In this document: piece after piece, positions 50,339 to 58,828 of the stretch
Layout: each line of letters starts with the position of its first letter
Numbering within the stretch: the stretch's first letter is position 1
IMG/VR virus record: IMGVR_UViG_3300028558_000791
Span: 372,001-436,000 of that record
Length of the DNA: 64,000 bases
Direction: 5' to 3' (one strand)
Made by a program: the position numbers and the translations under genes
Notes under the pieces: model-generated
Told to the model about the DNA's origin: nothing
What the model saw: the letters and a program-made list of their open reading frames with translations, nothing else
Databases searched by the model: none

Positions 50339-50626
50339 ATGAAGTCACTCGACATGGCAGACAAGTATCCCCCGGCCGAAGACTTCGATGATGAGGACAC
50401 CACCGTCCGCATGCATGTGCCTACCTTCCTCCCCAAGGTCATCGTCGAGGATGAGGGTGAGGACGAGTACGACCTCTGGGGAGCTAGGGATACCATCCCC
50501 TGCCCACCTCCCTACCCTCATCCCCACATGAAGCGAGAAGTCAATTGGGGTGCAGTCGGCATCCTTGCCTTCACCATCGTCTTCTGGTGGACCGTCGGCT
50601 ACATGCTCTACTGCTGGATCTACTGA
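50339..50626 (+). CDS. Acidic protein with a C-terminal TM anchor
   Basis: GGAGG RBS; hydrophobic C-terminus. Confidence 0.75.
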   Translation: MKSLDMADKYPPAEDFDDEDTTVRMHVPTFLPKVIVEDEGEDEYDLWGARDTIPCPPPYPHPHMKREVNWGAVGILAFTIVFWWTVGYMLYCWIY

Positions 50627-50710
50627 CCAGCTCCCTGGCCCGACCTCCCATTCACTGGGAGGCGGGCTTTAGGCATTATCAGGGGGCATGGGCAATGTCC
50701 CCATCTGTGT

Positions 50711-50852
50711 AGGAGGAATGCCGAGTAGTCGCTCAAGCCTGGAACATGGCGACACGAGCGTAAAAAGACTAGCAGGTGTCACACACCGTTTGGGCTAACT
50801 AGCTCCCGAGTGTGTGAAACTGTAATCTAGTGTAGCTACTCGTAACTCTCCT
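50711..50852 (+). ncRNA. Candidate structured RNA
   Basis: Nested helices AGGAG/CTCCT, CGAGTAG/CTACTCG, CGCTC/GAGCG, TCACACAC/GTGTGTGA-like. Confidence 0.45.
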
Positions 50853-50892
50853 TGTGTTCTCTCCCATTCACAACTCACCCTGAGGTGCAGCC

Positions 50893-51141
50893 ATGGCGTA
50901 CGGTCTTTGGAATGTGAGCGGTAAGGTCATCATCCCCGGCACGCGCAAGAGCGCCAGCTTCGGTCCCGTTCGCATCGGCGATAAGGATCGTCAGACCGCC
51001 AGCAAGTGGCTGGCCTGCATGCTGAACGACAAGTTCAAGCGTGACCTGCGCGGAGGTGCGAAGTTCTCCGACCACTTCGCCCTCATGAACCTGAAGTGGG
51101 AAGATGTCGGCAAAGCTGCGCCGGCTCCCGCACAGACGTGA
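50893..51141 (+). CDS. Hypothetical protein
   Basis: GAGGTG RBS; follows a repeat copy. Confidence 0.75.
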   Translation: MAYGLWNVSGKVIIPGTRKSASFGPVRIGDKDRQTASKWLACMLNDKFKRDLRGGAKFSDHFALMNLKWEDVGKAAPAPAQT

Positions 51142-51188
51142 GGTGGATGGCTCCAGGGTAATACCTGGGGCCGTTCTTCAAAAGGCGG

Positions 51189-51223
51189 TGGCACGCCCGT
51201 TGCACTCTGCATCCCGCATGCCA
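51189..51223. promoter_or_regulatory. Inverted double sigma54-like element, copy 5
   Basis: TGGCACGCCCGTTGCA-ctc-TGCATCCCGCATGCCA. Confidence 0.75.
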
Positions 51224-51268
51224 TCGCCGCTTCGGCTCCCATTCACAACCCCCTGGAGAGCAACGAAC

Positions 51269-51415
51269 ATGGCAACGTCATTCGTCATCAAGCTCCCCAA
51301 GCAGAAAGCGCGTAACCCCCTGGGTCACATGCAAGAGCGGAAGCAGATCATGCGTGACCGTCGCAACCGGCGTCCCAAGGATGCCCGCAAGCAACGCGAA
51401 CCCTTCGAGTCCTGA
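51269..51415 (+). CDS. Small basic protein MATSFVIKLPKQKARNP...
   Basis: GGAG RBS; flanked by two repeat copies. Confidence 0.7.
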   Translation: MATSFVIKLPKQKARNPLGHMQERKQIMRDRRNRRPKDARKQREPFES

Positions 51416-51450
51416 ACCCTCCCATTCACCGCCAACAAGTGGAGATGCAC

Positions 51451-51633
51451 ATGAGCAAGCAAACGTTCCGAGTGGTCGAGATGACGATTGTCCCTGGCCA
51501 GGAGCCGGCGACCAAACTCGTGCAGGGCAACCTCCCCAAGGGCAAGGCTCAGTCTCTCCAGGAGAAGCTGGAAGAGAAGCTCGGCGACTTCGACCCGCAG
51601 AAGGTGGTCTCCTACCTGGTCCAACCAGCATGA
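51451..51633 (+). CDS. Small hypothetical protein MSKQTF...
   Basis: GGAG RBS. Confidence 0.7.
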   Translation: MSKQTFRVVEMTIVPGQEPATKLVQGNLPKGKAQSLQEKLEEKLGDFDPQKVVSYLVQPA

Positions 51634-51881
51634 CTGTAGCACCGAACCTTGCCAGCATCCAAAGCGTAGGATGCTGGTACGAGGACCAGGAACGTACGCA
51701 ACCCATGCGGTACCAGGTGTGTGTACGCCAGTTCCGTAGAGGTGAGTGGGAAGTCATGATGGGTAGCATCGTAACCTACCTGTCACCCGAAGACTACTGC
51801 GACATGCATCAGCTACTACTGGTGGAGATGTATCGTGGCACGCGCCATGCACTCTCACACGAACGCACGGAGTTGATCTAA
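51630..51881 (+). CDS. Hypothetical protein MTVAPNL...
   Basis: ATGA overlap with the upstream gene. Confidence 0.6.
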   Translation: MTVAPNLASIQSVGCWYEDQERTQPMRYQVCVRQFRRGEWEVMMGSIVTYLSPEDYCDMHQLLLVEMYRGTRHALSHERTELI

Positions 51882-52216
51882 CGATCCTCCTACAAGTCAG
51901 CAGAGCTGGGGAGGATGTCATGTAACATCACACGGTTGATGACCGTTGTTTACTTGCGCCGACAACCAGAGAGATAGTAGCGACTCCCATTCATCGACAC
52001 CCTCAAACCAAAGGAATCGAGATGCTGGGTTTAGTCGGGCGGGAGTGAGTCCCGCCCATCCTTGGCTACAGTGCTGCCCACGCGACTCTATGGGCTCTAG
52101 CTGCAAGGTAATTAGGTAACGTAGTCTGCAACGTTCTCACATAAGCGTTCCGGGTTTAGGAACCAGTGAGTCATATCCTTCTAGGATGTGGGGATACGTC
52201 AGCTACCTACCGTTGG

Positions 52217-52243
52217 ATTGGGGCCTGGCGAGGCCCCAATTTT
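52217..52243 (+). terminator. Rho-independent terminator
   Basis: ATTGGGGCCT-ggcg-AGGCCCCAAT followed by TTT. Confidence 0.65.
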
Positions 52244-52332
52244 AATACGAACGCACCTACCCCGCACCACAGCACAGCACACACGGCGCCATCAGGGCGC
52301 TTTTTGTTAGCGTACATGTAGGGAAAGGTAGT

Positions 52333-52367
52333 TGGCATGGGCAGTGCATATTGCAAACGATATGCCA
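52333..52367. promoter_or_regulatory. Inverted double sigma54-like element, copy 6
   Basis: TGGCATGGGCAGTGCA-tat-TGCAAACGATATGCCA. Confidence 0.7.
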
Positions 52368-52417
52368 GCAGGTTCCGCCCGCACAATCAAGCGACCGAAG
52401 GTGTGGGATAAGGTGGT

Positions 52418-52452
52418 TGGCATGGCCGTTGCATATTGCGAAGGCTATGCCG
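52418..52452. promoter_or_regulatory. Inverted double sigma54-like element, copy 7
   Basis: TGGCATGGCCGTTGCA-tat-TGCGAAGGCTATGCCG. Confidence 0.7.
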
Positions 52453-52632
52453 GGCTGGGCGCGAGGGTGCAAGGGAAGCGGCTCCCATTCACGGATAGCC
52501 GGCGACCGAAAGCGCCGCAACCAACCACGAACAAGCAAACGAGTCACACACTCACAATGACTCACAAGGTACGGAACGGCAGCTCCCATTCACGGCGCAT
52601 CGAACGCCAAGGTCACGACGGAGGAAACGAAC

Positions 52633-52833
52633 ATGGGTAAAGTCATCGTCATCATTCTGGCCACGTGTGCGGCACTGGGTATCCTGGTGCACTTCCTGGG
52701 CCATGCGACTATGGGGTCAACGGCCGTCACTGTCCCCAACACGGAACACACTCCCGCATTCGGACTTACATGGTTCGTGATCGGTGGTCTGTTCATCGGC
52801 GGTCTCTTCTACAAGCTCGTCAAGGGCAAGTAG
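52633..52833 (+). CDS. Small two-TM membrane protein
   Basis: GGAGG RBS; two hydrophobic segments. Confidence 0.75.
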   Translation: MGKVIVIILATCAALGILVHFLGHATMGSTAVTVPNTEHTPAFGLTWFVIGGLFIGGLFYKLVKGK

Positions 52834-52857
52834 GAGGGCCTGTAGGAATCTGGGTAT

Positions 52858-52925
52858 ACCCCCTACCCCTAAAAAAGTTTTACCTGTTTTCCCAAAAACG
52901 GTAATCGGGGTTCGGTATACGCATA
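52858..52925 (+). repeat. 68-bp intergenic element, copy 1
   Basis: ACCCCCYACCCCTAAAAAAGTTTT-N17-CGGTAATCGGG...CATA, collinear with 55527..55594. Confidence 0.7.
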
Positions 52926-53040
52926 CCATTCCTGTAGGTTTTCATGGGTGGGGTGTCAAGCCCCCAGCAAGTCTAGCTAGGAGCCTACCTTGGTTGCCAA
53001 CTAGCTAGCTCCCATTCACTGCACGTCGAGAGGTGAAAGC

Positions 53041-53295
53041 ATGGCACACTCAATCGGTCTCGGCGATATCGTCTCTCTCCAGTGGAGTGATGGGTACGAC
53101 AACGGTACTGTCTGTCAGGTCCACAAGGACGGAACGGTAGACGTCTTTCGTCCCTACGTCCACAATGCTGACTTCTCATGTGCAGGTAGTCACGAGGGTT
53201 CACTGTCGGTCATCTGCTACATTGGAGTCGAGACTAGCAAGGGTATCAATCCCGAGCGTCTCAAGGTACTCCGCAAGGGCGGCACGATTCGATAG
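53041..53295 (+). CDS. Hypothetical protein (SH3-like pattern)
   Basis: GAGGTG RBS; LGDIV...GTVCQVHKDGTVDV. Confidence 0.75.
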   Translation: MAHSIGLGDIVSLQWSDGYDNGTVCQVHKDGTVDVFRPYVHNADFSCAGSHEGSLSVICYIGVETSKGINPERLKVLRKGGTIR

Positions 53296-53331
53296 CCTCC
53301 CATTCACGGCGGCAGGAAAGCGACAATAGCA

Positions 53332-53533
53332 ACGGCGGGCTAGACTCTGGGTACATGGCATACTTGGTCGCTACCCAAGTAGGTCCCAACTGAGACAGTA
53401 TCTTGTAGCGAGGGAATGTCTTGGGGGCCACAAGCTCCCCACATAGGGGTTCGACTCCCCACTACTATCCAAGTGGTAGGAGACCAGGTTGGCTGGGTGT
53501 GTGTTGGCATGAACCTAGAGTCTAGCCCATCGT
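53332..53533 (+). ncRNA. Candidate structured RNA closed by a long terminal stem, with an internal T-loop hairpin
   Basis: GGGCTAGACTCTGGGTACATG pairs with CATGAACCTAGAGTCTAGCCC; internal GGGG-TTCGACT-CCCC. Confidence 0.6.
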
Positions 53534-53569
53534 CGGGCTCCCATTCACGGCCCATCAGCGGAGGATGAC

Positions 53570-53800
53570 ATGAGCAACAACAACGCAACGGCGCAGCAAG
53601 TCACGGCAGGCATCAGAGCAGCGGCGGCCATTGGTGAGGTAATTCGAGACTTGGGCTCTGTCCCCTCGGGGCACCTGTATGCCCGACTCATGGGACGTAT
53701 GAGCCTGGACACCTACAACAGTCTCATCGGACTACTCAAGCAAGCCAATCTGGTGGAGGAGTCTAACCACCTTCTCACCTGGGTCGGCCCCAAAGAGTAA
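53570..53800 (+). CDS. Small hypothetical protein (wHTH-like pattern)
   Basis: GGAGG RBS. Confidence 0.75.
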   Translation: MSNNNATAQQVTAGIRAAAAIGEVIRDLGSVPSGHLYARLMGRMSLDTYNSLIGLLKQANLVEESNHLLTWVGPKE

Positions 53801-53809
53801 CCATCTCAC

Positions 53810-54067
53810 ATGAAAAAACATCTCATCATCCTACTCACGCTTACCCTGATGGTGGCGGCAGGTGTTCACTGCGGGGAGCGTGAGTTGGAGTCAGAGTGTG
53901 ACTCTTTCGGTCCCACATCCACACACTGTCAGTGGAAGATCGAAAACAGGTATGCGGGACTCTGCTGTCCTGGCACACATCCCTACTGCGGTAGAGAGGG
54001 TACTACCTGTCCAGTTGGTAGTTGCTGCGAGTCGGCACCTCTGTACACACATCTACACACCAACTAG
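53810..54067 (+). CDS. Secreted Cys-rich small protein
   Basis: Signal peptide; CCP...YCG...CPVGSCC. Confidence 0.7.
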   Translation: MKKHLIILLTLTLMVAAGVHCGERELESECDSFGPTSTHCQWKIENRYAGLCCPGTHPYCGREGTTCPVGSCCESAPLYTHLHTN

Positions 54068-54099
54068 CTCCCATTCACGGCAGACCGGAGAGCAAGGTC

Positions 54100-54321
54100 A
54101 TGAAGACCGCAATCGAGGTTCCCAAGGCCATTGTCATCCAGGTGGCTACGTGGTACGATGGTGAGCTGGTACTGGAGACGGTGTGTCGAGACTACGACCA
54201 CTACACCACACTACCCAACGTGGTAGTCTACGAAGGGGTGGAGTGTGGTAAGACGGGTTGGAGTAGTGATAACCACTATGCCTGCTACAAGTCAGGAGCC
54301 AGTATCGCACATGGGCGCTGA
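54100..54321 (+). CDS. Hypothetical protein MKTAIEVP...
   Basis: GGAG RBS after a repeat copy. Confidence 0.7.
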   Translation: MKTAIEVPKAIVIQVATWYDGELVLETVCRDYDHYTTLPNVVVYEGVECGKTGWSSDNHYACYKSGASIAHGR

Positions 54322-54460
54322 TTCCAAGAGCAAGCGTGAGCGTTGGGGCGAGGTAGTTAGCAAGACGGGGAAGTGTCCCTTCTGCCCACCTCACAACGGG
54401 GAGAACGCCAAGAGGCGTACTCGTACGGACAAGTACAAGAGCAAGCGCAAGGGCCGCTGA
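54311..54460 (+). CDS. Small basic CPFCPPH protein
   Basis: AGGAG RBS; MGADSKSKRERW...CPFCPPHNGEN. Confidence 0.65.
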   Translation: MGADSKSKRERWGEVVSKTGKCPFCPPHNGENAKRRTRTDKYKSKRKGR

Positions 54461-54508
54461 GGGCTCCCATTCACGGTCGAACGAAACCCAAGGTCGGAGG
54501 CAACGAAC

Positions 54509-55138
54509 ATGGCTGACACGAAAGAGCGCAAGATGACCCCCAAGGGATTCTTGCACAAGACCACGACCAAGGCCGCAAACTCGGCCATCGCGTTTCTGAC
54601 TCAGTACCGGGAGTATCTGACCACGGGTGAGGTGAAGGAAGCCTGCGCCCCCATCATCGCCAAGGTGGACTCTGGTGAGCTTCTGCCCACCCCTGCCCTC
54701 AAGGAGATTCAGTATGCGGTGATGACGCACATCATCGTCTCTGACTCCACCAAGGCCGACAAGTCAGCGGTGGAGCCCAAGGTCAAGGGGCAGACACGCA
54801 AGGCATGGCGGTCAACCATCTACGATGCGGCTGGTGTAGTCCAGACTCGCACCAACGGCAAGGGTGAGGAGGAGGATCTCATTCAGGGGTTCGATCTCTC
54901 ACAACGTGCCAACGAGTGGGCAGACCGGCGCTTGTTCGAGGGGACGCATGGCTGGTATGCCATCGTGGAGCACACTGTCATCCCCAACATCTCCAGTCGA
55001 ATCGAGCGAGGGGATTCCATGGCACGAATCCTGAAGCAGCCCAAGGGGCCGGCCATTCAGCAGAAGGGCAAGAGCACCAAGACTCTCGGGTTCGGGGTCA
55101 AGGCCAAACAGACACGAGTGACTTTCTCGGGTAGCTGA
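54509..55138 (+). CDS. Hypothetical protein
   Basis: GGAGG RBS; 209 aa. Confidence 0.8.
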   Translation: MADTKERKMTPKGFLHKTTTKAANSAIAFLTQYREYLTTGEVKEACAPIIAKVDSGELLPTPALKEIQYAVMTHIIVSDSTKADKSAVEPKVKGQTRKAWRSTIYDAAGVVQTRTNGKGEEEDLIQGFDLSQRANEWADRRLFEGTHGWYAIVEHTVIPNISSRIERGDSMARILKQPKGPAIQQKGKSTKTLGFGVKAKQTRVTFSGS

Positions 55139-55207
55139 GACAAGGGAGGGGCAGGTAGGTTGTCGTGGGCCTGACCTGCCCCTCCCATTCACGGAAGGAC
55201 GAGTGAC

Positions 55208-55501
55208 ATGGCTATGACGTTGACCGAAGCAATGAAGGCACTGGGTACGACAACCGAGTCAGTCACGGCCAAGCTGAGGGAGAAAGGTATCAAAGGGTAC
55301 CGTCGTCTGGCACACTCGTGTCCCCTCGCCAAGTATCTCAAGCAAGAGTGTCAGGTCCAGGATGTGACTGTCGGCACCACGGCTAACATCTACCAGGGTG
55401 AGAGTCAGACACCGGATGAGAGTTACATGCTCCCCGATGGTGTCAAGGTGTGGGTGCAGAACTTCGATGATGGGATGTATCCGGAGTTCTGGTTGGACTG
55501 A
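55208..55501 (+). CDS. Hypothetical protein
   Basis: CPLAKYL...FDDG.YP motif. Confidence 0.75.
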   Translation: MAMTLTEAMKALGTTTESVTAKLREKGIKGYRRLAHSCPLAKYLKQECQVQDVTVGTTANIYQGESQTPDESYMLPDGVKVWVQNFDDGMYPEFWLD

Positions 55502-55526
55502 AGGTCCCTTGCTGGAGTAGGTGTAG

Positions 55527-55594
55527 ACCCCCCACCCCTAAAAAAGTTTTCGGTCAATTCTCAGAATCGGTAATCGGGCCTTGGAATCCACATA
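55527..55594 (+). repeat. 68-bp intergenic element, copy 2
   Basis: Collinear with 52858..52925. Confidence 0.7.
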
Positions 55595-55733
55595 GTTTTT
55601 TCCAGGGTTTTTTGGCTCCCATTCACTGAGCGAATCTAGCGGCGGATCGGAAAGGGTGTATGTCGCCATGAGAACCTGGGAAGAGTACGAGGAAGAGACC
55701 AGCAAGTTTCCCTGGTGGTACACGGGGGACTAG

Positions 55734-55994
55734 GTGGACACCGACGAATTCGAGATAACTGCAACACATCCACACATGGAGGCACGTGTGTGGACTAGGA
55801 GTCGCTACGAAGTAGCCAAGGCAATTGCTGATGGGGCGGTTACCAAGCTAGGGTATAGCAAGGTAGTAGTCATCAACACCTTCGGTGGCCATAGGAGCGA
55901 TACCTTGTACGAGGTAGTGTCGGGCTCCCATTCACGGGACTACGTGGAGGAGGAACGCAATGCAAGTCACCAAGCGTTCAATGCTCAGCGGTAA
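55734..55994 (+). CDS. Hypothetical protein
   Basis: GTG start with GGGGA RBS. Confidence 0.6.
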   Translation: MDTDEFEITATHPHMEARVWTRSRYEVAKAIADGAVTKLGYSKVVVINTFGGHRSDTLYEVVSGSHSRDYVEEERNASHQAFNAQR

Positions 55995-56157
55995 AGAGCA
56001 CACTCTGGAGATTGACATCACCTGGGAACAGATGCATCGTTGGAAGATGGGTGGAGAGCTACTACAGAACGTGTGTCCCCACTTGTCGGTGGATGACCGA
56101 GAGTTTCTCATCAGTGGTTCCACCAAGGAAGAGTGGGATAACTTCTTCAAGCGATAA
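55960..56157 (+). CDS. Small hypothetical protein
   Basis: GGAGG RBS; PHLS.DDREFLISG...EW motif. Confidence 0.75.
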   Translation: MQVTKRSMLSGKEHTLEIDITWEQMHRWKMGGELLQNVCPHLSVDDREFLISGSTKEEWDNFFKR

Positions 56158-56323
56158 GGGGCCTGCGAGTCTGGGTAGAACCAGTAAGGATCCCTTCACG
56201 TAAACCTGTAATAGTAACCTAAACCCTTGGCCCGTACCTATCGAAAGATGGGGCGGGCATAAGGCATTGAAACAACTTGGGAGATGCAATGCTCCCATTC
56301 ACCAACGCAACGGAGCAATGCAC

Positions 56324-56500
56324 ATGGAAAACGTCAAGATGTCGGTCAACGGAACGAAGCTCACCATCGAGGTGGATCTCGCCCATCGTGGTGCGAAGTC
56401 CAGCACGGGGAAGACGGTGCGAGTCGCTTCCACCGAGGGGAACATCGAGTGTCCCGAGAATCCGGCCATCAAGGTTGGCCTGAATATCTTTACGAAGTAA
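56324..56500 (+). CDS. Small hypothetical protein, paralogue of 49945..50133
   Basis: Most residues identical to 49945..50133. Confidence 0.85.
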   Translation: MENVKMSVNGTKLTIEVDLAHRGAKSSTGKTVRVASTEGNIECPENPAIKVGLNIFTK

Positions 56501-56561
56501 TTCGTAAGGGTAGGATCAACTCCCATTCACCAAACAACCAAACGAGAGACACAACATCAAC

Positions 56562-56759
56562 ATGTGCGGCAACAAGCGGGATGCAGTCGAGAACGTCCAG
56601 ATCAACCTCAACTACATGAAGGAGGACGTCAGCAGCGCACTCTCCTACGCCAGTGATGTGGGCGACCCGGAGCTGACCAAGCAGCTCACGGAGCTGAAGG
56701 ACAAGACCCAGGGCGTCAAGGACTACATCAAGTCCAAGGCCGACCCCAAGAAGGGCTGA
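56562..56759 (+). CDS. Small helical hypothetical protein
   Basis: Strong codon bias. Confidence 0.7.
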   Translation: MCGNKRDAVENVQINLNYMKEDVSSALSYASDVGDPELTKQLTELKDKTQGVKDYIKSKADPKKG

Positions 56760-56828
56760 AGCACAAGACGGGCATTGGACCGATAGCTATCTAACCATAC
56801 CTCCCTCTGGCGGTAGCTATCCGAGGTC

Positions 56829-56949
56829 CGAAACAAGGTAAGTGAAAGTATATAGGTAGGGTCCCTGTCACACTAGCGGTGGTGATGTCAGCCGTCCCGA
56901 CCATGCGAGTAACTACCTTGTCCCCAGCGTAGGGCGCTGGGCTGATGAG
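56829..56949 (+). ncRNA. Type II hammerhead ribozyme candidate
   Basis: C-GAA-ACAAGGTA/TACCTTGT-C (GUC site at 56920-56922), stem I CCCAGCG/CGCTGGG, CTGATGA-G. Confidence 0.7.
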
Positions 56950-56955
56950 CCAACC

Positions 56956-57123
56956 ATGAAGTATCTCCTCCCATTCATAGTAGTAGTGATGATAGGTTGC
57001 AGGACGGTACTACCCAAGGAAGACTACAGCATAGTCATTACCTCTCATGTCTGCGATGTAGACGGAGGTGCGTGTCACAAGGAGACGAAGGTTCTCCCAT
57101 TCACGGCGGAGGGTTCAAAGTGA
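56956..57123 (+). CDS. Small putative lipoprotein MKYLLPFIVVVMIGC (55 aa, not in the ORF track)
   Basis: Manual translation; lipobox-like MIGC; TGATG overlap with the next gene. Confidence 0.6.
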   Translation: MKYLLPFIVVVMIGCRTVLPKEDYSIVITSHVCDVDGGACHKETKVLPFTAEGSK

Positions 57124-57371
57124 TGGCAATCGGTACAACGCTGACGGTTCAAGGAATCACTTGGGCATCCATGAAGTACAATGGCAAGCTAGCCCTGGGA
57201 TACAGGAAGCATGCCATCGCTTGGGATTGTGGTAGTGGCAAGTATCACATCTTGGAAGAGGGTCGCAGTATCTTCTCTGACTCAAGTGTGACTGCCTGCT
57301 TGGAGAACGCGGCAGCACTGGTGTGGGACTACTACGCCAGCAAGATCATTCCCTCTTGGGAAGTGGCATAG
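57123..57371 (+). CDS. Hypothetical protein MAIGTTL...
   Basis: GGAGGG RBS. Confidence 0.7.
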   Translation: MAIGTTLTVQGITWASMKYNGKLALGYRKHAIAWDCGSGKYHILEEGRSIFSDSSVTACLENAAALVWDYYASKIIPSWEVA

Positions 57372-57454
57372 GGACGAAGGCGCTCCCATTCACGGGACGC
57401 CGGCACGAACGAACAACCGAGCAATCACGCTCAACTGAAAAGGACGAATCAATC

Positions 57455-57907
57455 ATGGCTTGGGACAAGACCCCCTCTCAGAAGGAAGCCGTCAAGGCGT
57501 TTCTCGTGACCACGGATGGCAAGACGGATCTGGAGGCTTCGGTGGAGAAGTACCGCCAGGTGTGTCTCGGATACATCGCTGGTCAGACGGCAGAGCAGGA
57601 TCTCGTTGCATCCTGCATGACGGAGCTGTTCAACTTCCGCAAGGGAGCCACGCTCAACCTGGACTACATCAAGAGCCAGACGGTGGCTCTGATGGTCAAG
57701 CGTGAGCCCAGCCTCAGCGACCCCACGCTGTTCGCCATGCTGAGTGGTCGGGTGGAGGACTACCTCCATGCCAACTGCAACCAGCCGGCGCAGGAAGCCA
57801 AGGGCAAGCGTCCTGCCAAGGAAGCTGTCACTGGCCAGACCTACTCGGTCCGTCGTGGTCTGGGTGGCGGGTTCTACCGCGACACCGACCAGGCGCCTAC
57901 CAAGTGA
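57455..57907 (+). CDS. Hypothetical protein MAWDKTP...
   Basis: AAGGA RBS; strong codon bias. Confidence 0.8.
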   Translation: MAWDKTPSQKEAVKAFLVTTDGKTDLEASVEKYRQVCLGYIAGQTAEQDLVASCMTELFNFRKGATLNLDYIKSQTVALMVKREPSLSDPTLFAMLSGRVEDYLHANCNQPAQEAKGKRPAKEAVTGQTYSVRRGLGGGFYRDTDQAPTK

Positions 57908-58005
57908 GGTTCATTCGCCGACAGTGGGCCAAGGTGGTTCACTGGATCAACGACGGAACGCACGGTCCCTGCGACTGGTAGGGTTACCATTCACGGAGAG
58001 TCAGC

Positions 58006-58629
58006 ATGCGTAATTCAATTGCGGTGATGTTGTGCTGCTTGGTTTGCGCATGCGGCTCTTTTGCTTCAGAGGATGAGGCGAGTGATACTGTTGCTGCTAC
58101 CACTGATTATGGTAGTAGCAGCAACAGTGATAGTGGGAATGACAACATTGTTGTCATCATTCACAAGGGAGTTTTCACTTTCTACAACGACAGTGATTCT
58201 CAGGTGAGTGACTCTGGTGTCGAGACCAGTGTGGATGTGTCGGATGCTGGAGTGGATTCCAGTGACGATGATGCATCGGCTGGTGATGATGCCGGCCTGA
58301 GCGAACCGACTTGCGAGACAGGAACCTACGTTGTCGGGCATTGCCTATACAACATGGCTACTGTTTGTCAGGAATACTTTTCTGACCATGAAGCTGACTG
58401 CAAGAGTCTGACGGTTCATCCTATGGGAGGGTCTTGGTGGCCTGGACCATGTGGTGGTGAGCCTGGCACTGACCTTCACCGTTCATCTGGTGGCTGTATG
58501 AACGAGTGTGGGAGCATTACTTGGAGTTACCGCCTGGGTGGTGGTCCTCCTGACGAGGTATCGATTCAGGGCGAGAAGGATCTTTGCGAAGCCTTCCCTG
58601 GTTATACCTACATCATGACTGGATTCTGA
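58006..58629 (+). CDS. Cys-rich acidic lipoprotein
   Basis: Lipobox VCAC; DSG/DAG low-complexity linker; Cys-rich C-terminus. Confidence 0.75.
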   Translation: MRNSIAVMLCCLVCACGSFASEDEASDTVAATTDYGSSSNSDSGNDNIVVIIHKGVFTFYNDSDSQVSDSGVETSVDVSDAGVDSSDDDASAGDDAGLSEPTCETGTYVVGHCLYNMATVCQEYFSDHEADCKSLTVHPMGGSWWPGPCGGEPGTDLHRSSGGCMNECGSITWSYRLGGGPPDEVSIQGEKDLCEAFPGYTYIMTGF

Positions 58630-58639
58630 CACGAGGTTT

Positions 58640-58819
58640 CCTAGACAGAGTGACGGTTGCCTCCCTGAATAAGACAGAGGGTTACTATGCAATGGTCAAG
58701 CGCCAGTAACCGGGACGCAGCTTGATAGGACTGACCAACTAACAAGTCAGTGGGTTTCGACTCCCATTCACGGCAGAGAACGTCGTGAGCTATATGAGGC
58801 AGGCGTCACCCTGTTTAGG
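58640..58819 (+). ncRNA. Candidate structured RNA overlapping the downstream RBS
   Basis: CCTAGACAG/CTGTTTAGG, GTGACG/CGTCAC, TGCCTC/GAGGCA closing helices; internal hairpins. Confidence 0.5.
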
Positions 58820-58828
58820 AGATACATC

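Noticed and set aside
53395-53471. Canonical tRNA around GGGGTTCGACTCCCC
   Set aside because: No proper D-arm or anticodon arm; better explained as a T-loop hairpin within the larger 53332-53533 fold.
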